Shown one piece after another: positions 38,881 to 53,292 of a stretch of DNA of 64,000 bases. Positions within the stretch are counted from its first letter, which is position 1; each line of letters opens with the position of its first letter. The notes below the pieces were generated by a model. The model was given only the letters and a program-made list of their open reading frames with translations, was not told the DNA's origin and searched no databases. Where the stretch lies: assembly GCF_963921235.1 (NCBI RefSeq), contig NC_086097.1, positions 50,594,001-50,658,000 of the forward strand, written 5' to 3'. Position numbers and translations under genes: made by a program. Source of the stretch: Mobula hypostoma (taxonomy: Eukaryota).

Positions 38881-39989
38881 CACCTTACTACTATTGCCAG
38901 CTTCCCTCTTGTTAACTGATGTTATTTGCTCATTTCTCAGGCACTACCTCTTCAAATTGACAGCCTTCAACCTCCACTACACTGGCACAGTATGGAACTG
39001 AACCAGATTGTTCACAACATAATGTGTGATGTGGGGGAATAAATATATACGAAATTGCAAAAGAACAAATTTAGCCTGTTTTTCTTTTTAATTACATCTG
39101 CAGTCACTTGTGCCTCAACTGAAAATGTACACATCACACCAATAATCAAACAGCTGACCCATTTGTAACAAATTTGCTTTTTTAACTGACATGGTGATCT
39201 CTTGATTATACCTGGCCATAAACCAGTGACTGTTGTAGTTACCTTGGAAGGTGCAAAGAGATTTGCTTTGGAAAATGACAAGACAAAGAGGCACCTGCTG
39301 CCAACCAGCAAACTATGGTATTTACTTCAGAAACCAAAAAGGAAATAGTTTCTACTGATCCTTTCTGGTTTTTAAAATGATAACCCTTTCTTCTGCCTTC
39401 TGTATAATCAAAATTCCTTCTCCTACGAACCACACAACTGTGGGGACGTTACCATTAAGAGATAAACCATGGCGAATATTTATCAGAGCACATACATGTC
39501 ATGACAGACAATGCTGAGACATTTTCTGAAGGCATTTTTAGAACTGTAATTATAAACAGGATCAATGAACAACTGTGCATATTTGCAAATATAAACAAGT
39601 AGCAACAAATAATGAGAGCATGAAATAACAAGATAACAGTCCTTAAAGTGAGACCATCGATTGTGGGAACACCAGAAGTAGAATAAGTGTAGTTATCCCC
39701 TTTTATTCACGAGCCTGATGGTTGAGGGGTAGTAACTCTTCTTGAACCTGGTCGTGTGAATCCGAAGGCACCTGTACCTTCTACCTGATGGCAGCAGTGA
39801 GAAAAGATCATGGCCTGAGTGGTGAGGATCTTTGATAGGCATTATTCTGAGAATGCAATCCCTCTGAAATATTTGGGCAGGGGAGGGGAAAATAACCTGC
39901 ACATGCATCTGTCTAAATGCACTTAAACGTTGCTGTCTTATCTGCTTTAACTACTTCCCCTGGCAGCATGCTCCAGGCACCTCCCAGTT

Positions 39990-40245
39990 TCTCACCTCAT
40001 CTCCCTCCCCCACCATTCACCAACCCCCTCACCTGATTTCACCTCTCACCTGCCAGCTTATATGCCTTTCCCTCCCCAAGCCTTCCTACTCGGACTCCTG
40101 CCAACTTCTCTCAAAGTCCTGATGGAAGGTCTCAGTCCGAAACTTTGACTGTTTAATCCTCTCCTTAGATGCTGCCTGTCCTGCAAAGTTACTCCAGCAT
40201 TATTGCGTGCGTTGCTCATGACGTCTAGCATCTGCAGTAACTCTT
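39990..40245 (+). mobile_element. Penelope terminal fragment with degenerate hammerhead core
   Basis: agtcCTGATGGaaggtctcagtccGAAActttgact at 40115-40150. Confidence 0.65.
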
Positions 40246-40259
40246 CTGTCCAGACATAT

Positions 40260-40870
40260 AACACCCTGTTTTTTAAAAAAAAACCTTGCTTCACTTGTCT
40301 CCTTTAAAACTTTCCCCTCTTTCTTCAAAGGTATGTCCTCTGGTATTTGACATTCCACCCTGGGAAAAAGTCTATCTACCCTCTCTATACCCCTCATAAT
40401 TTTATGTGCTTTTTTCAGGTCACCTCTCAGCTTCTGACACCCCAGAAAAAAAAAAATCCATTTATGTTTAACCTCTCTTATAATGAAAACAATCCATTCT
40501 AGGCAACAACCTGGTGAAACTTTTCAGCACCCTCTACAAGTCTCCACATTCTTCCTGTAGCGTGGCATGAAATACTCCAAATTAGAACAACTTAAGTTTC
40601 ATACGGCTCTACAATAAGCTTCCAAAGATGCCGTAAGCACATCCACTTGTTTTTCCATTCTGGTGGAATTGCACCCCACAGCCCTCTGTACATCAATGCT
40701 ACTAGTAATGCTGCATTTACTGCACATTTTCCTCCTGCATTTGACCTCCCAAAGTGCATCACCACACTCATCCAGATTAAAATCTACCTCCAATTCTCCA
40801 CCTAAACTTCCAATTGCTCTTATATCTTCCTCACTATCCACAACTATGATTAAATTTGCAGGCAACATTA
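40260..40870 (-). mobile_element. Degraded CR1 3' fragment
   Basis: MRGIERVDRLFPRV remnant. Confidence 0.65.
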
Positions 40871-40944
40871 AGATTGGCAAAGCACCAAGATATTCAACCA
40901 AATCATTTACACATTTAATCAAAGTCATATATCATGTGAACTTA

Positions 40945-41142
<198 letters not shown>

Positions 41143-42166
41143 CTAAGATTTATATCATTGGTGTTTGAGTATTAATAGCTATAATAAATTTGTATATTAG
41201 CATTTATTTTTATTAATAGCTCGTAACATGTACAACTAAAATGCACACGGGGACAGCATGTTTGTAATTGCAGCATGGAATAAAAGCTTTTATTTAATAT
41301 TTTAGCTGATTTTCATAATTCAAATTATACACGTGTACAGTAAACGCAGCAACTCACTTACTCAGCTGCTAGTGGGCCTGCACTGGTATTCTGCGGACGG
41401 CTGATTCATTAACGTTCACCCGTGTCCCAGTCTGAATATGCACAAATCCCTGCCACTTTCACCGTTATGCTGTCTAATATCATGTGGGAATATCGTCCCA
41501 GGAAGCTGCTGTGGAGGCCTACTCTCCACTGATGCTCCACCAGCAACAATTCTCCCCCTGGCTCAGTGTGGAGAGGTTGCCTGCGAGGTTGGAGCAAGCA
41601 GTGTGACTGCCCAGCACTTGGATGTGGGACGTGGGGCTGCACCATGACTGGCATGTTAAGTGCAACCATTGCTATATATTTCTAATAAGATCTGCTTTTT
41701 GTACTCAACTGAAGTATTTATAATTCAAACATTTACATTTTATCTATCTTAATGTTCATTGTGGTGGAAGATACACAGCTTGAAAATTTGTAATTATGTG
41801 TCCTGGTAAAAAACAATATAGTTCAATGATCGAACGGAAAAGATACACGGTTATGCATAGACTGGCAAAGTGCATAGACACATGATGTGTTGTAAAGTAG
41901 AAGTCACCACCTCATCACCTGAACGTCACCCCCACCTCAATTTTACTGCATATTCAAAAATCTCCAGAGCAACTTGTAGACTATATTTTATACAACTTTA
42001 ACAAAATGTGCTCATTTATCATTGTAGAGCAAATTATTTTAAATGGTTTTGGATATAGGTTAGAAGTACTCCTATTTTGGATTTCTGATGGCAACAACTT
42101 AAAAGCTGATAAGTGTTAGACCTTACGTCCGAGTCTACTTACCAAATAAAGTAACTATTATTTTAC

Positions 42167-42389
42167 CTGTAAAGGTCAGATTCCAAGAGTGTGAGCTGCC
42201 GTGCTATTTCAATTGGATGAAGTGTCATGAGATCAAATGTCTCAATCTGTCCAGGTCGACTGATATGCCATTCGATTTGAGGCGGTGGGTTCTCAAAGGT
42301 GATAGCATGGCTGATCCCATTTACTTGAGTTTGTCTCTTGCGATTAATAATTTTTGTAATTGATTCTACCCACTTCTTCATGGCTTTTC
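42167..42389 (-). CDS. SOS2: SOS2 exon 14 (REM to Cdc25), 223 nt
   Basis: [15 protein letters not shown]...[22 protein letters not shown] (ORF 42163..42381). Confidence 0.96.
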
Positions 42390-42981
42390 CTACAAAGATA
42401 AATTGGCTGTGTTACTCTCAGGTCATAGAACTTTTCAAATAATTTCACTGTTATACAACTTAGCCATGGTTAAACACTATCTACAAAGTTTAAACATTCA
42501 TTAATTTGAAAAGTGTCAAGGATGTGAGTTTCTTGTCCTGGTAAGTTAAACAAGTAGCAGGAGAATCCAGACAACATTTTCTGTCATCTCAGGCCAATGT
42601 CTTATTCAACACCTTATTCATGAGAGTCAATTTATGTTTCTCACAATAATAAAGTCAATATTTAAATTTGTAACTCCACAGCTGGACTTGATTTTTGAAT
42701 ATCAGGGTAAAGAAAGAAAGACGGTGCAGAATACCCCAGGGCATAACTACACATAAAACAGCCAGAAACATGTACTTTGTGAAGAAATATACAATGAAAG
42801 AACTGCATAACTAAAGATAAAAATAATGACATTAGCAGGATAAGTTGGCCCAACGTGAGGAAATGGATGTTTCAATATTCCTTATTATAAATTGAATATC
42901 CAAAATGTGCGATCTGTAATTTGAACAAATAGCAATCAACTTCGGACCTGACAAACTTGGATTTTCAGCAAAATTACATAC

Positions 42982-43085
42982 CTCGCACGCTTGAAATAAA
43001 TGCTTCTAACCTATTAAGAAGCATGTTGTCTCTCTCAAAGTCATAGAAATGATGTTCTACCCAATGTCGAAAAACATTTAGCACC
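42982..43085 (-). CDS. SOS2: SOS2 exon 13, 104 nt
   Basis: [34 protein letters not shown]; tag|G...G|gtatgt. Confidence 0.95.
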
Positions 43086-43506
43086 CTAAAAAGAAAAGAC
43101 TTTATAAAACTAAAGCACAAGAACATTTTATTGTGGTCTAATTTTATCAATTACAACTTTCAGGTTTCATATCAACAGTAATAGTGCAAACCAAACTTGA
43201 GAGAACCTTAGAGAATCAGATTTATAGTGAAAATTGACCTCTGGGCAGTTTTTAAAGTGGCTGAATCCACTTGGTTCACCCCTTTGGAGTAGCTGTTCCA
43301 AAATTCACTTGCTTCATACCTTAAAGTCAAAGTTGTGTGAGCATAAGTATTTACAAATAATAAGTACAATTTCATTGCAGATTAATACATACATTGGAAA
43401 ACCATATTTTTTCCTCAAAAGTCTTGTAAATTATATAATAAAGAGAACTCTGAAAAATGCACTGGGATCACTGCAGGCTACCAAAATTGTGTAATTAAAA
43501 TATTAC

Positions 43507-43822
43507 TTACTGCCCATTTTCCTGCTGGCATTTAGGGCAGCAATGAAGGTCCTCCATCTCTGTCTGGAAAGAAGGATTCTTCACTGCTGTTTCTGTAACA
43601 ATGTACTTTGACCAGTCAGGGTTGTTAGCCCTGAGCTGAACACCAAACCTGGAGGACCAGTGGACCACTCTTAGTCTGGCCTCTATCCTTTGACCTGTTT
43701 GGCATGGGTGACCCCACCAAGAGTCAAAGCACAAGGCCCTGGCTCCAGCCAACATAACTCTCCGGGTCATTGAGGCACACAAGCCTCCAAACCCTACGAC
43801 AAGGTTGTGGTCCTCTTACAGG
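43507..43822 (-). mobile_element. Short non-autonomous retroposon (RTE-like) with TSD
   Basis: Flanked by aattaaaa(a)tattact; (TAAG)n-like tail on the minus strand; family assignment tentative. Confidence 0.55.
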
Positions 43823-44343
43823 AATTAAAAATATTACTCCTGAATAATTTTGAAAATGCTTTTCAATTTACAATTTGCTCTCATACATTTCCATGGGGAA
43901 GAAAGGCTTTTCTCCCCACTTTAACGCTTGCTTGTTGTACACTTTATCTGGAGTATTTCTCTGCAATAAAGACTTTGATTTAAATGAAAATTAGAGAACT
44001 GTGAGAGATTAGACACATTATTTGTTAAAGCCAAACATGCAAGTACGAAACCTGAAATACCACTGCCCATTTTCCCAGCCAGGTGCACCTAACTGGTTGC
44101 CAAGCAATAAAATTTTTTACGAATTGTTTTTTGAATGTCACAGGAAAATTTTAGATAAAATTCACATATGCTACGAAGAATCATATCTCACCTTAACATT
44201 ACAAGTACCAACTTAAACAAAGTCTATAGCAAACTACATCAGCAGAATAAAGTTTGATTGGTTACGACAGTAGTCGACACCCTAACTGGGCAGCTAACAA
44301 TGGTGTCAACTTGAAAAAAATTGTTTTGAAAGTGTAAACACAC

Positions 44344-44466
44344 CTGAGTTGCACTGGCTGGATATACTCCTTACGAAACCGTTTCAACTCTGCACTGACT
44401 GGCTGTTCACCCTTTTCCCTGGCGAGCCTATCTGCCTCAGTGGGCTCTGGATCAGGTATTTCAAAT
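44344..44466 (-). CDS. SOS2: SOS2 exon 12, 123 nt
   Basis: [41 protein letters not shown]; cag|A...AG|gtgtgt. Confidence 0.95.
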
Positions 44467-44549
44467 CTGTATATAAATAAATATCAAGATTTATTTTTGA
44501 TTTAACAGTTCAACAGAAAATATATAATACAAAAAAATACAGAATAAGT

Positions 44550-44850
44550 TGATTGGGTGAGACTACGACTAGAGGTCATGGGTTAAGGGTGAAAGGTGAA
44601 ATGTTTAAGGAAAACATGAGGGGGAACTCCTTCATTCAGTGGGCCGTCAGAGTGTGGAACGAGCTTCCAATGCTAGTGATAGATATGGAGTCAATTTCAA
44701 CATTTAAGATAAGTTTGGATAGGTACATGGATGGGATGGGTATGGAGGTATGGTCCAACTGCAGGTTGATGGGATTAGGTAGATTACAGACTAGGTCAGT
44801 ACAGATCAAATGGGCCAGATGGCCTGTTTCTGTGCTGGAGTGTCCTATAA
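44550..44850 (+). mobile_element. CR1 3' fragment
   Basis: TRGHGLRVKGEMFK...FIQWAVRVWNELP. Confidence 0.8.
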
Positions 44851-44893
44851 AAGTGTGCTTTTATAGAATTTAGTTAAAACTTTTGCTTATTTA

Positions 44894-44992
<99 letters not shown>

Positions 44993-45125
44993 TCAAATTA
45001 CCAATATTCTGATGTTCAGTTTGCAGTGTGTGTTAAAAACTTTTAGAACAAAATAGTAACTCATTACAATCAGCTGCTATTTTCAGAGAACTTGCTACTT
45101 GTAGTGTAGAAACTGGTGAAAGCAG

Positions 45126-45403
45126 AATTAAAGTCTGTCACGAGCCTTGAAGCCCATCAGGCTGATGGTTATGCCGTGGTGTGAAGCTATTGAGAGTACA
45201 AGACTCTCCCCCTAGATAGGAGACCAGTCTATCACGAGGTTAACCCCCAGCATTTTGCCGGTACCCATTCTCAGCTGGGTAAACTGGAGCATTGTTTAGT
45301 TAAGTACCTTGCTCAAGGACACACACACTGCCTCGGCCGAGGCTCGAACCCACGACTTACAGATCGCTAGTCCAACACCCTAACCACTTGGCCACGCGCC
45401 ACA
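45126..45403 (-). mobile_element. tRNA-derived SINE
   Basis: A box TGGCCAAGTGG, B box GGTTCGAGCC; TSD tgaaagcag at 45117-45125 and 45404-45412. Confidence 0.85.
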
Positions 45404-46519
45404 TGAAAGCAGGACACAAGTGTATCTAAAAGCCTAATTTAAGCGTCTTTCCACACAAGGCTGTAAACATCCATTTTGTTTGGGGGGGGGGTGAGGAGAG
45501 TGTCAGTTCCTTGCAGGTGAGAGCATAATAATCTGTATTCAGACAGTTAAATGAACAAAATACATGTCACAAACAAAATATTGCAAAATATGTTTCTAAA
45601 TCAACAAGTAGAACAGTCCAAGGTAGAGCGTTCTTCCAAGAATCAGTGCATACTTACAACAGCATCTGAAGTCAAAACTTCAATTTACCCAATGCTATAC
45701 CTGATAATAAAGATATTACAAATTTTACAACTTCCAGAGGGGAGCTCCTGAGCCACACCAGCTAATATTCAGCACAGAGCTGGCCACTGACACACATCAT
45801 CATCCTATAGGACACAAGGCTACCATTTCGTACTTGACCAAGAAAAAGCAGGGGGTCAAACTGGGATTGAGGGAGTGATGATGTAGTTAAAGCTGATGAA
45901 CAGGAATGTAGGCATGCATTACAATAATATGCATCTGTAAAGGAGTAGCTCCTGTCATTGACACTGAGCGATTCTAGTGGAAGTTTTCTGGAAGGATCAA
46001 AGGTAAATGCTAACTCACCTCAGAGATCAAAATATGCATTAACTTAGATACAGAGGATAGCCCAAGTAAAACTCACATGGCAAAGTTTATTACAGAAAAA
46101 ACGTTTCCAGTTTGGTTTCCCTCTTCAGAGAACTATAATATCTCATTTAGAAACTGAACACACGTTTGCCCAGAAATTCATCCAGATGAGTAATGCAAAG
46201 TGCCTTCAAATGAAACAGCAGCAAGTTGCATCTCTTCTCTGGCTTCACTGGAACTACATTTCACAGGTAGGATACAACGTACTGTTGTCAGTACTCAGCT
46301 CCTTTACTTCTACCAACCAATAATGAACTGAGACATAATTCTTCTCTATCTTGTGTTCATTTAGTTTGTTGTACAATTCCCAAGGTTAGAACACCAAGTT
46401 AGACTACATACGGAACAGAAACTAAAATGAATGGTACATCTGTGGATTAATTAACTAGAATTTTTTTTATATGGGAAATTCCATTAGTCCATCAACACCA
46501 TCAACCCCACTACATTTAC

Positions 46520-47175
46520 CTGCATACATGTGGTATGTCAGTCTCTCAATCAACTTTAATACTGTTCCTCCCTTTATGACTGGTATTCCAGATTTAGTTT
46601 GGACGTTTTCTTCAAACACTATATTCTCTTCAGAATCTTCTTCTGCAAAATTATAAACATCTGGACTTGGCAGTCTGAGTGGCTGTTCCTTCTCCTCACA
46701 CAGAAGGACTGTGTCTAACATGCGTTCCAGGGTACTCCGGTATTGAAGTGAAATCAAAGCTGCCATCCAATTGTTTTTGTCTTCAGCAGATTTGGCAGCA
46801 AATACTACACTGTTCTCATCCTTGGAAAGAATTTCAAATGCATGCTTGTATTCAAAAGTGTCGTCTTTATCAATAATTTGCACTTTTCGCATAAGAAACT
46901 TTTCCTTGAGTCTGTACTCAACATTGCTACAGCCAGGTAGTCTGGACTGCCCGTGATTGATTTTGCAACTGATCATTAAGCCATCAAAAAGGAAAATATG
47001 TCGTTCATGCTTTGCCCCAACTCGTGTTAGTGCTCCTTCCATTATAAATTCATTGCAGCACTGTCCGATATCCTTCCCCTCCCATCCATCAATATTCTTT
47101 TGAATTTCATTCATTTTCTTGATAGCAAGATGTTTACTTCTCATCTGATGGTTGTAGAGGCGAGGTAAACGTTCT
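46520..47175 (-). CDS. SOS2: SOS2 exon 10 (PH domain and start of REM), 656 nt
   Basis: Inside ORF 46467..47279; [27 protein letters not shown]...[12 protein letters not shown]; cag|AGAA and GCAG|gtaaat. Confidence 0.97.
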
Positions 47176-48329
47176 CTGTGAAACAAAAAAAAATTAGATT
47201 TTGTTGTATTTGTATTCAGCAATTTGACCACAAAGATAATATGCTTAGTTAGGGACAATATTTTTTTAAGTTTAATCATGCTTGCACAAAAAAGGGAGAA
47301 TTTACATAAGCTGCTTAAAAATTACAAGAAATCATTCAACAAAACTTATTTTTCAGCATGCAGGTGTATGCACTAACTTGAATCTGGTCTCTTGGTTACA
47401 TAACTATCAAGCATTCTTAGCAGTAGGTATGGTTCAAAACACATTGTATTCTACACCAATCTTATCCTCCAGCACCAAATTATTTCAAAGAGAATAAATC
47501 ATTCCTTGATTTTGGCAATGTTACTGATTTACCTACAGCTTGTGATTATCAATCTACACTTAAAAATGCATCCTGTACCAAGAATCTTTAAATGATCAGA
47601 AACTCAATTAACGGGACTTTATAGAAGAAATGCTGTTTTTCATTATCTAAGTAAATTTGCTACATTCAGATCAGAGCACTGAAGAATTCCTTCCTTTTAA
47701 TTTTTATAATCAAAACTGGGTAGAAGTAATAGCCAGAGAACAATTAGCCCTCAGAAGCACCCTAATTGCAATAGTGTTCGGTCTGTTTGCTTGCTAGGCC
47801 TCTCCCATTTCAATCCATTACTTTTCAGTACTGCATTCAAAAAGCTGGTATTTATTGTCCATTCCCAACAAGATAAAAACTAATTAGTAGCCATGGTGCA
47901 AGGACTGTTATTCAATGTCATGTTAATTTCAATTCAATTTGCTAGAAAGATGCTCCAAGACACTGAGGCAAATGGTAATGTTTAAAATGGTGCATGAAAG
48001 TAGATTATCTTTTCTCACCTTGCCCCCATATAATGCTTCAAGAGAGCAGCTAGTCAGCCCCAACATCCAATATTATTCAGTTACATTTCTCCCAGGTGAT
48101 TCACAACCATAAAGCTGTTAAAAACTTTACCCCAATTGTACTTCAGGGTAAAAAATATTTGTTAATATGGAATTTGCACTATTAATACACACACAATAAA
48201 GATGCATTTACCCAGCCAACAAACTATTTTGGATTTCTGGTCAGTCTGACAAAAGGTAAAAAGAAAGGTATCAACTTAATCAACTACCTATGGCAACAGA
48301 AAGGAAAATACTAAAACATTTTTGCTTAC

Positions 48330-48457
48330 CCCGCCCTGCGTTTAGGAAGATGTTTATTGCAGATACGTTCCATACTGCATTGGAGATTCAGCAAAGTAGT
48401 AATGGCTTGTTTCAAACACTCCCTGTCTTCTCCATCTTTACTCTTCTCTTGTAGTTG
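48330..48457 (-). CDS. SOS2: SOS2 exon 9, 128 nt
   Basis: cag|CAACTA...GCGGG|gtaagc; [43 protein letters not shown]. Confidence 0.95.
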
Positions 48458-49164
48458 CTGTAATTTTTATAATTTTAAAGACAAAAAAAAATACAATTAG
48501 CACAAGAGTAAGGTCAGGTGAAAACAAACAAGGAAATACCCCTCTCGAGGCAATTTAACATAACCGTAACATAGTGATATCATAACTTTTACCTGTTACA
48601 CTATAAAAAGGGCAATTCTTTTGGATGACTATCAATTCTTATGAAAGGGTGGCAGAAAAAAAACCTGAAAATCCATTATAATTACAGTGAAACCTAGTCT
48701 CAGCTTCACTTGTAAACACACTCTTTCAGATGCTGAAAGACCTGGACAGTCATAAATATTTTACATGATAAACAAAACAAGCAGCTTTGCTAAATAATGG
48801 ATATTCACAAATACTGAACAGCCCTAGTATAACAGTTCCTGTTTTTTTTTAAATGTATTTTATACCTTAATCTATGTTGCACAGGTATTTCCATAAGCAA
48901 TATCACACTGATTACCACTACAGTTTAGCAACACTATGATCACTTTACAACAAGAGACAGCATTCTTTGTTCTGATTGTGCTTTCCCTCTTCCTGTAAAA
49001 ATTGTGTACAATTTATCACATTTTTATGAACTGCTTGCCTGTGATACTGCTGCAACTAAGATTTCAATTACACTGTGCATACATTTACTCATGCAAACGA
49101 TTCTACTTTGATCTGGAGGACCTTAATTATAATAAATCTTTATCAAAAATCAAAGGAGCATAAA

Positions 49165-49680
49165 ACTGAAAGCAACACACAGAAGTTGCCGGAAAAACTC
49201 AGCAGGCCAGGCAGCATCTATGGACAAAAGTACAGTTGACGTTTCAGGCAGAGACCCTTCAGCAGGACTGGAGACAAAAAGATGGGGAGTACATTTAGAA
49301 GATGAGGGGAGGGAGAGGAGAGAGAAACACAAGGTGATAGGTGAAACCAGGATGGGGAGAGATGAAGTGAATAGCTGGGAAGTTGATTAGTGGAAAAGAT
49401 ACAGGGGTGGAGGAGGAGGAGTTTAGGAGAGGACAGAAGGCCAAAGGAGAAGGAAAAGGGGGGAAGAATACCAGAGGGAGGCAATGGGCAGGCAAGGAGA
49501 TAAGGTGAGAGAACGGTGGAGTGGGGGGTGGGGCATTACTAGAAGTTTGGGAAATCGATGCTCATGCCATTAAGTTGGAGGCTACCCAGATGGAATACAA
49601 GGTGGTGTTCCTCCAACCTGAGTGTGGCCTCATCGTGACAGTACAGGATGTCATGGACTGACATATCGGAATGGGAAGCA
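49165..49680 (-). mobile_element. Penelope-like element 3' end (GIY-YIG C-terminus plus terminal repeat with hammerhead-like motif)
   Basis: LYCHDEATLRLEEHHLVFHLGSLQLNGMSIDF followed on the same strand by cagtcCTGCTGAagg...cctGAAACGTCaactg. Confidence 0.8.
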
Positions 49681-51918
49681 AAATTAAAGCACATTATAAT
49701 TTAATTTCAAAACTGACAAGTAAATATGGAAGCAAAACACAAAACTTATTAGAATGAATGACCAGCACAATTCTTACTTTATGAACCCCTTTATCAAAGT
49801 ATTCTATCTCATCCTGTCAACGTAGGTGTTAACACGGCTGCTTTTCATCGTTAACATGAGCCTATGATAGTTGAATCCAGACCACCGCTGAGCAATGTGG
49901 TCTGAATTACCAAGATAAACTTTGCCTGTTCTAATAATCCTCTGGCATTTTTGTCTCCTTTACACTCCTCACCTTGTCTGTCCTACTTATCCTTCAATAA
50001 AAATTCCCATTCTTCAGGGCACATCAAAATATAATAAAAATGTTCTCAGTTTTCATCTTCACTAATATCAACCTTCTCAAATTTGCTGCTTTCTCTCCTC
50101 ACAAGCTTCCCTTTATTTTCTTTCTCTCGCACAAACTTGCCCAACCATATTTCATAACCATTCCCTTGACCTCTCTATCCCACATAACCTTATGGTTTCC
50201 ATTCTCCCAACCACAGATGGGACCAGGTCTGATTGGCACACACCACCCAAAACACGTCTAGCCCCCAACCACATTTTCTTCTTATCCATCCAGGGGGAAA
50301 AAATCTCCAATTCATATTTGCAAAATCACAACTGGATCCTCGATGCAGAATTCCTGACAACTACACCTGGACTTGGAGCAGGAACTGGATGAACTCCAGA
50401 TCATTTGGGAGGCTGGAGGGTGATCAACAAGGACATACAAGGAGGCAGTTACACCCAAGGTGCAGGACACATAACTGGGTGACTGTCAAGAGGGGGAAAG
50501 GGGATAGGCAGCCGGTGCAGAGTACCTCTGTGACCATTCCCCTCAACAACAGGTATATCGCTTTGGATACTGTTTGGGGGGGGGGGGGGAGAAGAGAGAA
50601 TGGCCTAGCAGCAAAAAGCCACAATAATCAGGTCTCCGGCTCTGTGGTTCAGAAGGGAAAAGGGGAGAAGAGGCAATATGTAATGATAGGAGATTCAATG
50701 GTTGGGGGACAACCAAGGGGTTCTAGGTAGAGGAATGAGATTCCTGAACAGTATGTTGCCCCGCTCCCAATGCCAGGATCAGAGACAACTCAGATCAAGT
50801 CCAAAGTTATCTGAAGTGGAAAGGTGAGCAGCTAGCAGTCGTGGCCCACGTTGGTACCAATGATGTGGGCTGGAATGGTGATGAGGTCCTGCATTGAGAG
50901 TTCAAAGAGTTGGGTGCTAAGTTAAAGGACAGGCCCTACCCAGTTGTGATCTCAGGATTGCTACCGGTGCCATGTGCTGTGACGACAGAAACAGGAAGAT
51001 CATACAGTTTAACATGTGACTAGAGAGATGGCGCAGGAGGGAGGGCTTCAGATTTTAGGATCATTGGGCTCTCTTCCAGGGCAGGCAAGACCTGTACAGG
51101 TAGGACATTTGCACCTGAACCTGAGTGGGACTAATATCCTTGCGGCAAGGTTTGCTGGTGGTACATGAGGGAGGGGTTTAAACATGAGGGAGAGATGCAG
51201 AGGGATGGGAACAAGAGCATCAGAACAGAAAGTGGAGTAGTTGCGGGGAAGATGTTCTTAAGCCTACAAACAAAGTCAGGAACAAAAATGTTCAGCATGG
51301 TGGGACTAACGTTCTGAGTTGCATATATTTAAATGCAAGGAGTACTGTAGGAAAGCTGGTTGAGCTTAGGGCATGAATCAGGATATGGAATTATGACAGT
51401 GTAGACATTAGTGAGACGGTTGCAGGAGGGGCAGGACTAGCAGCTCAATGTTCCGAGGTTCAGTTGCTTTAGATGTAATAGGGCGGGAGAGATTAAAGGG
51501 GGAAAGGGTGGTATTACTAGTCTGGGAAAATGTCATGGCAGTGCTCAGACAGGACAGAATGGAGAGCTTGCCCAACGAAGCGTCATGGGTGGAACTGCGG
51601 AATAAGAAAGGAATGACCACATTAATGGGATTATATTATAGACCCCCCCCCCCCCAATAGTCAGTGGAATTTAGAGAAACAGATTTGTAGAGACTGCAGA
51701 TTGTTACAAAACACAAGGTTATGGTCGTAGGTGATTTTACCTTTCCACATATTGATTAGGATTCCTATACTGTAAAAGGGCTGGATTGGAAAGAGTTTGT
51801 CAAATGCATTTAGGAAACTTTCCTTAATCAATACAAAGAGGTCCCAACTACAGGGAACGCAGTACTAGATCTCATATTAGGGAACAACATAGGGCAGGTG
51901 ACAGAAATTTGTGTATGG

Positions 51919-51998
51919 CAGGGGTTCCCAACTTTTTTTGCATCATGGACCACTGCCACTAACCAAGCGATCTGTGGACCCCAGTTTGGGGATCCCTG
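51919..51998. mobile_element. 80-bp hAT/Charlie-like MITE nested in CR1
   Basis: CAGGGGTTCCCAAC ... TTTGGGGATCCCTG inverted ends; imperfect 8-bp TSD gtgtatgg/gtgtagag. Confidence 0.75.
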
Positions 51999-53292
51999 GT
52001 GTAGAGGAAATACTTTGCGTCCAGTGATTGCGATACCAATAGCTTCAATATAATTATAGAGAGGGATCGATTTCGTTCTCAGGTTGAGATTATAAATTGG
52101 AGAAAGGTCAATTTTGATGATGTCAGAAAGGATTTGGCAATTGTGGATTGGAACAGGTTGTTTTCTGGCAAATGTGTACTTAGTAAGTGGCAGGTCTTCA
52201 AGGATGAAATTTTGACAGTACAGAGCTATCAGAATAAAAGCCAAGAACATATGGAACATTGGTTTGAGAGATATTAAGGCCCTGGTTAAGAAGAAGGTGA
52301 TACATAGCAGGTATACGCTGGAAGGAACAAATGAGATGCTTGAGGAGTATAAGAAAAATGCAAGAGAACACTTAAGGAAATCAATAGGGCTAAAAGAAAG
52401 CATGGGGTTGCTCTAGCAGGCAAGGTGAAGGAAAATCCCAAGGGTTTCTACAAATACATTAAGAGCAAAAGGATTGCAAAGGATCAAACTGGTCCCCTCG
52501 AAGATCAGAGTGGTCATCTATGCATAGAGCCAAATGAGAAGGGGGAGATCTTAAATTACTACTTTGCATCTGTATTTACTCAGGAATCGGACAGAGTCCA
52601 TTGGAGTAAATCAAAGCAGCTTTGATGTCATGGAGAGTATTCAGATTACAGAGAGGAGGAATTTACTGTCTTGTGTCAAATTAAGGTGGATAAATCCCCA
52701 GGACCTGACAAGGTGCTCCCTCGGACCCCACAGGAGACTAGTGCAGAGAGTGCAGGGAGGCAAGCAGAAATATTTAAAACGTTCTTAGCAACAGGTGAGA
52801 TGCTGGAGGATTGGAAGAAAGCTAATGTTGTTCCAGAGTTTAAGAAAAGCTCAAAAATAAGCCAGGAATTTACAGGCCAGTGAGAGCCTGACATCACTGG
52901 TGGGAAATTATTGGAAGGTGTTCTAAGGGTTCAGATATACAAGTATTTGGATAGACAGGGTCTAATTAGGAAGAGTCAAGATAACTTTGTACACATCTAA
53001 CCAATCCTAGAGTTTGAGGAAGTTATCAAGAAAGTTGATAAAGGCAGTGATGTTGTCATGAATTTTAGCAAGGCCTTTGACAAGATCCCACGTTGGAAGT
53101 TAGTGAATATTCAATCGCTTGGCAATCAGGATGAGGCATTAAGTTGTTTCGGACATTGGCTTCATGGGAGAAGCCACAGAGGGGTAGATGACTGTATCTC
53201 TAACTGGAGGCCCACGACTAGTGGAGTGCCACATGGATCGGTACTGGGTCCATTGTTGTTTGTCAGCTATATCAATGATCTGAATGATAATA

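Noticed and set aside
45330..45403. tRNA gene
   Set aside because: A/B boxes belong to a TSD-flanked SINE head; the same applies to 34995-35070
51828..52403. 191-aa minus-strand ORF
   Set aside because: Antisense to degraded CR1 ORF2 and spans a MITE
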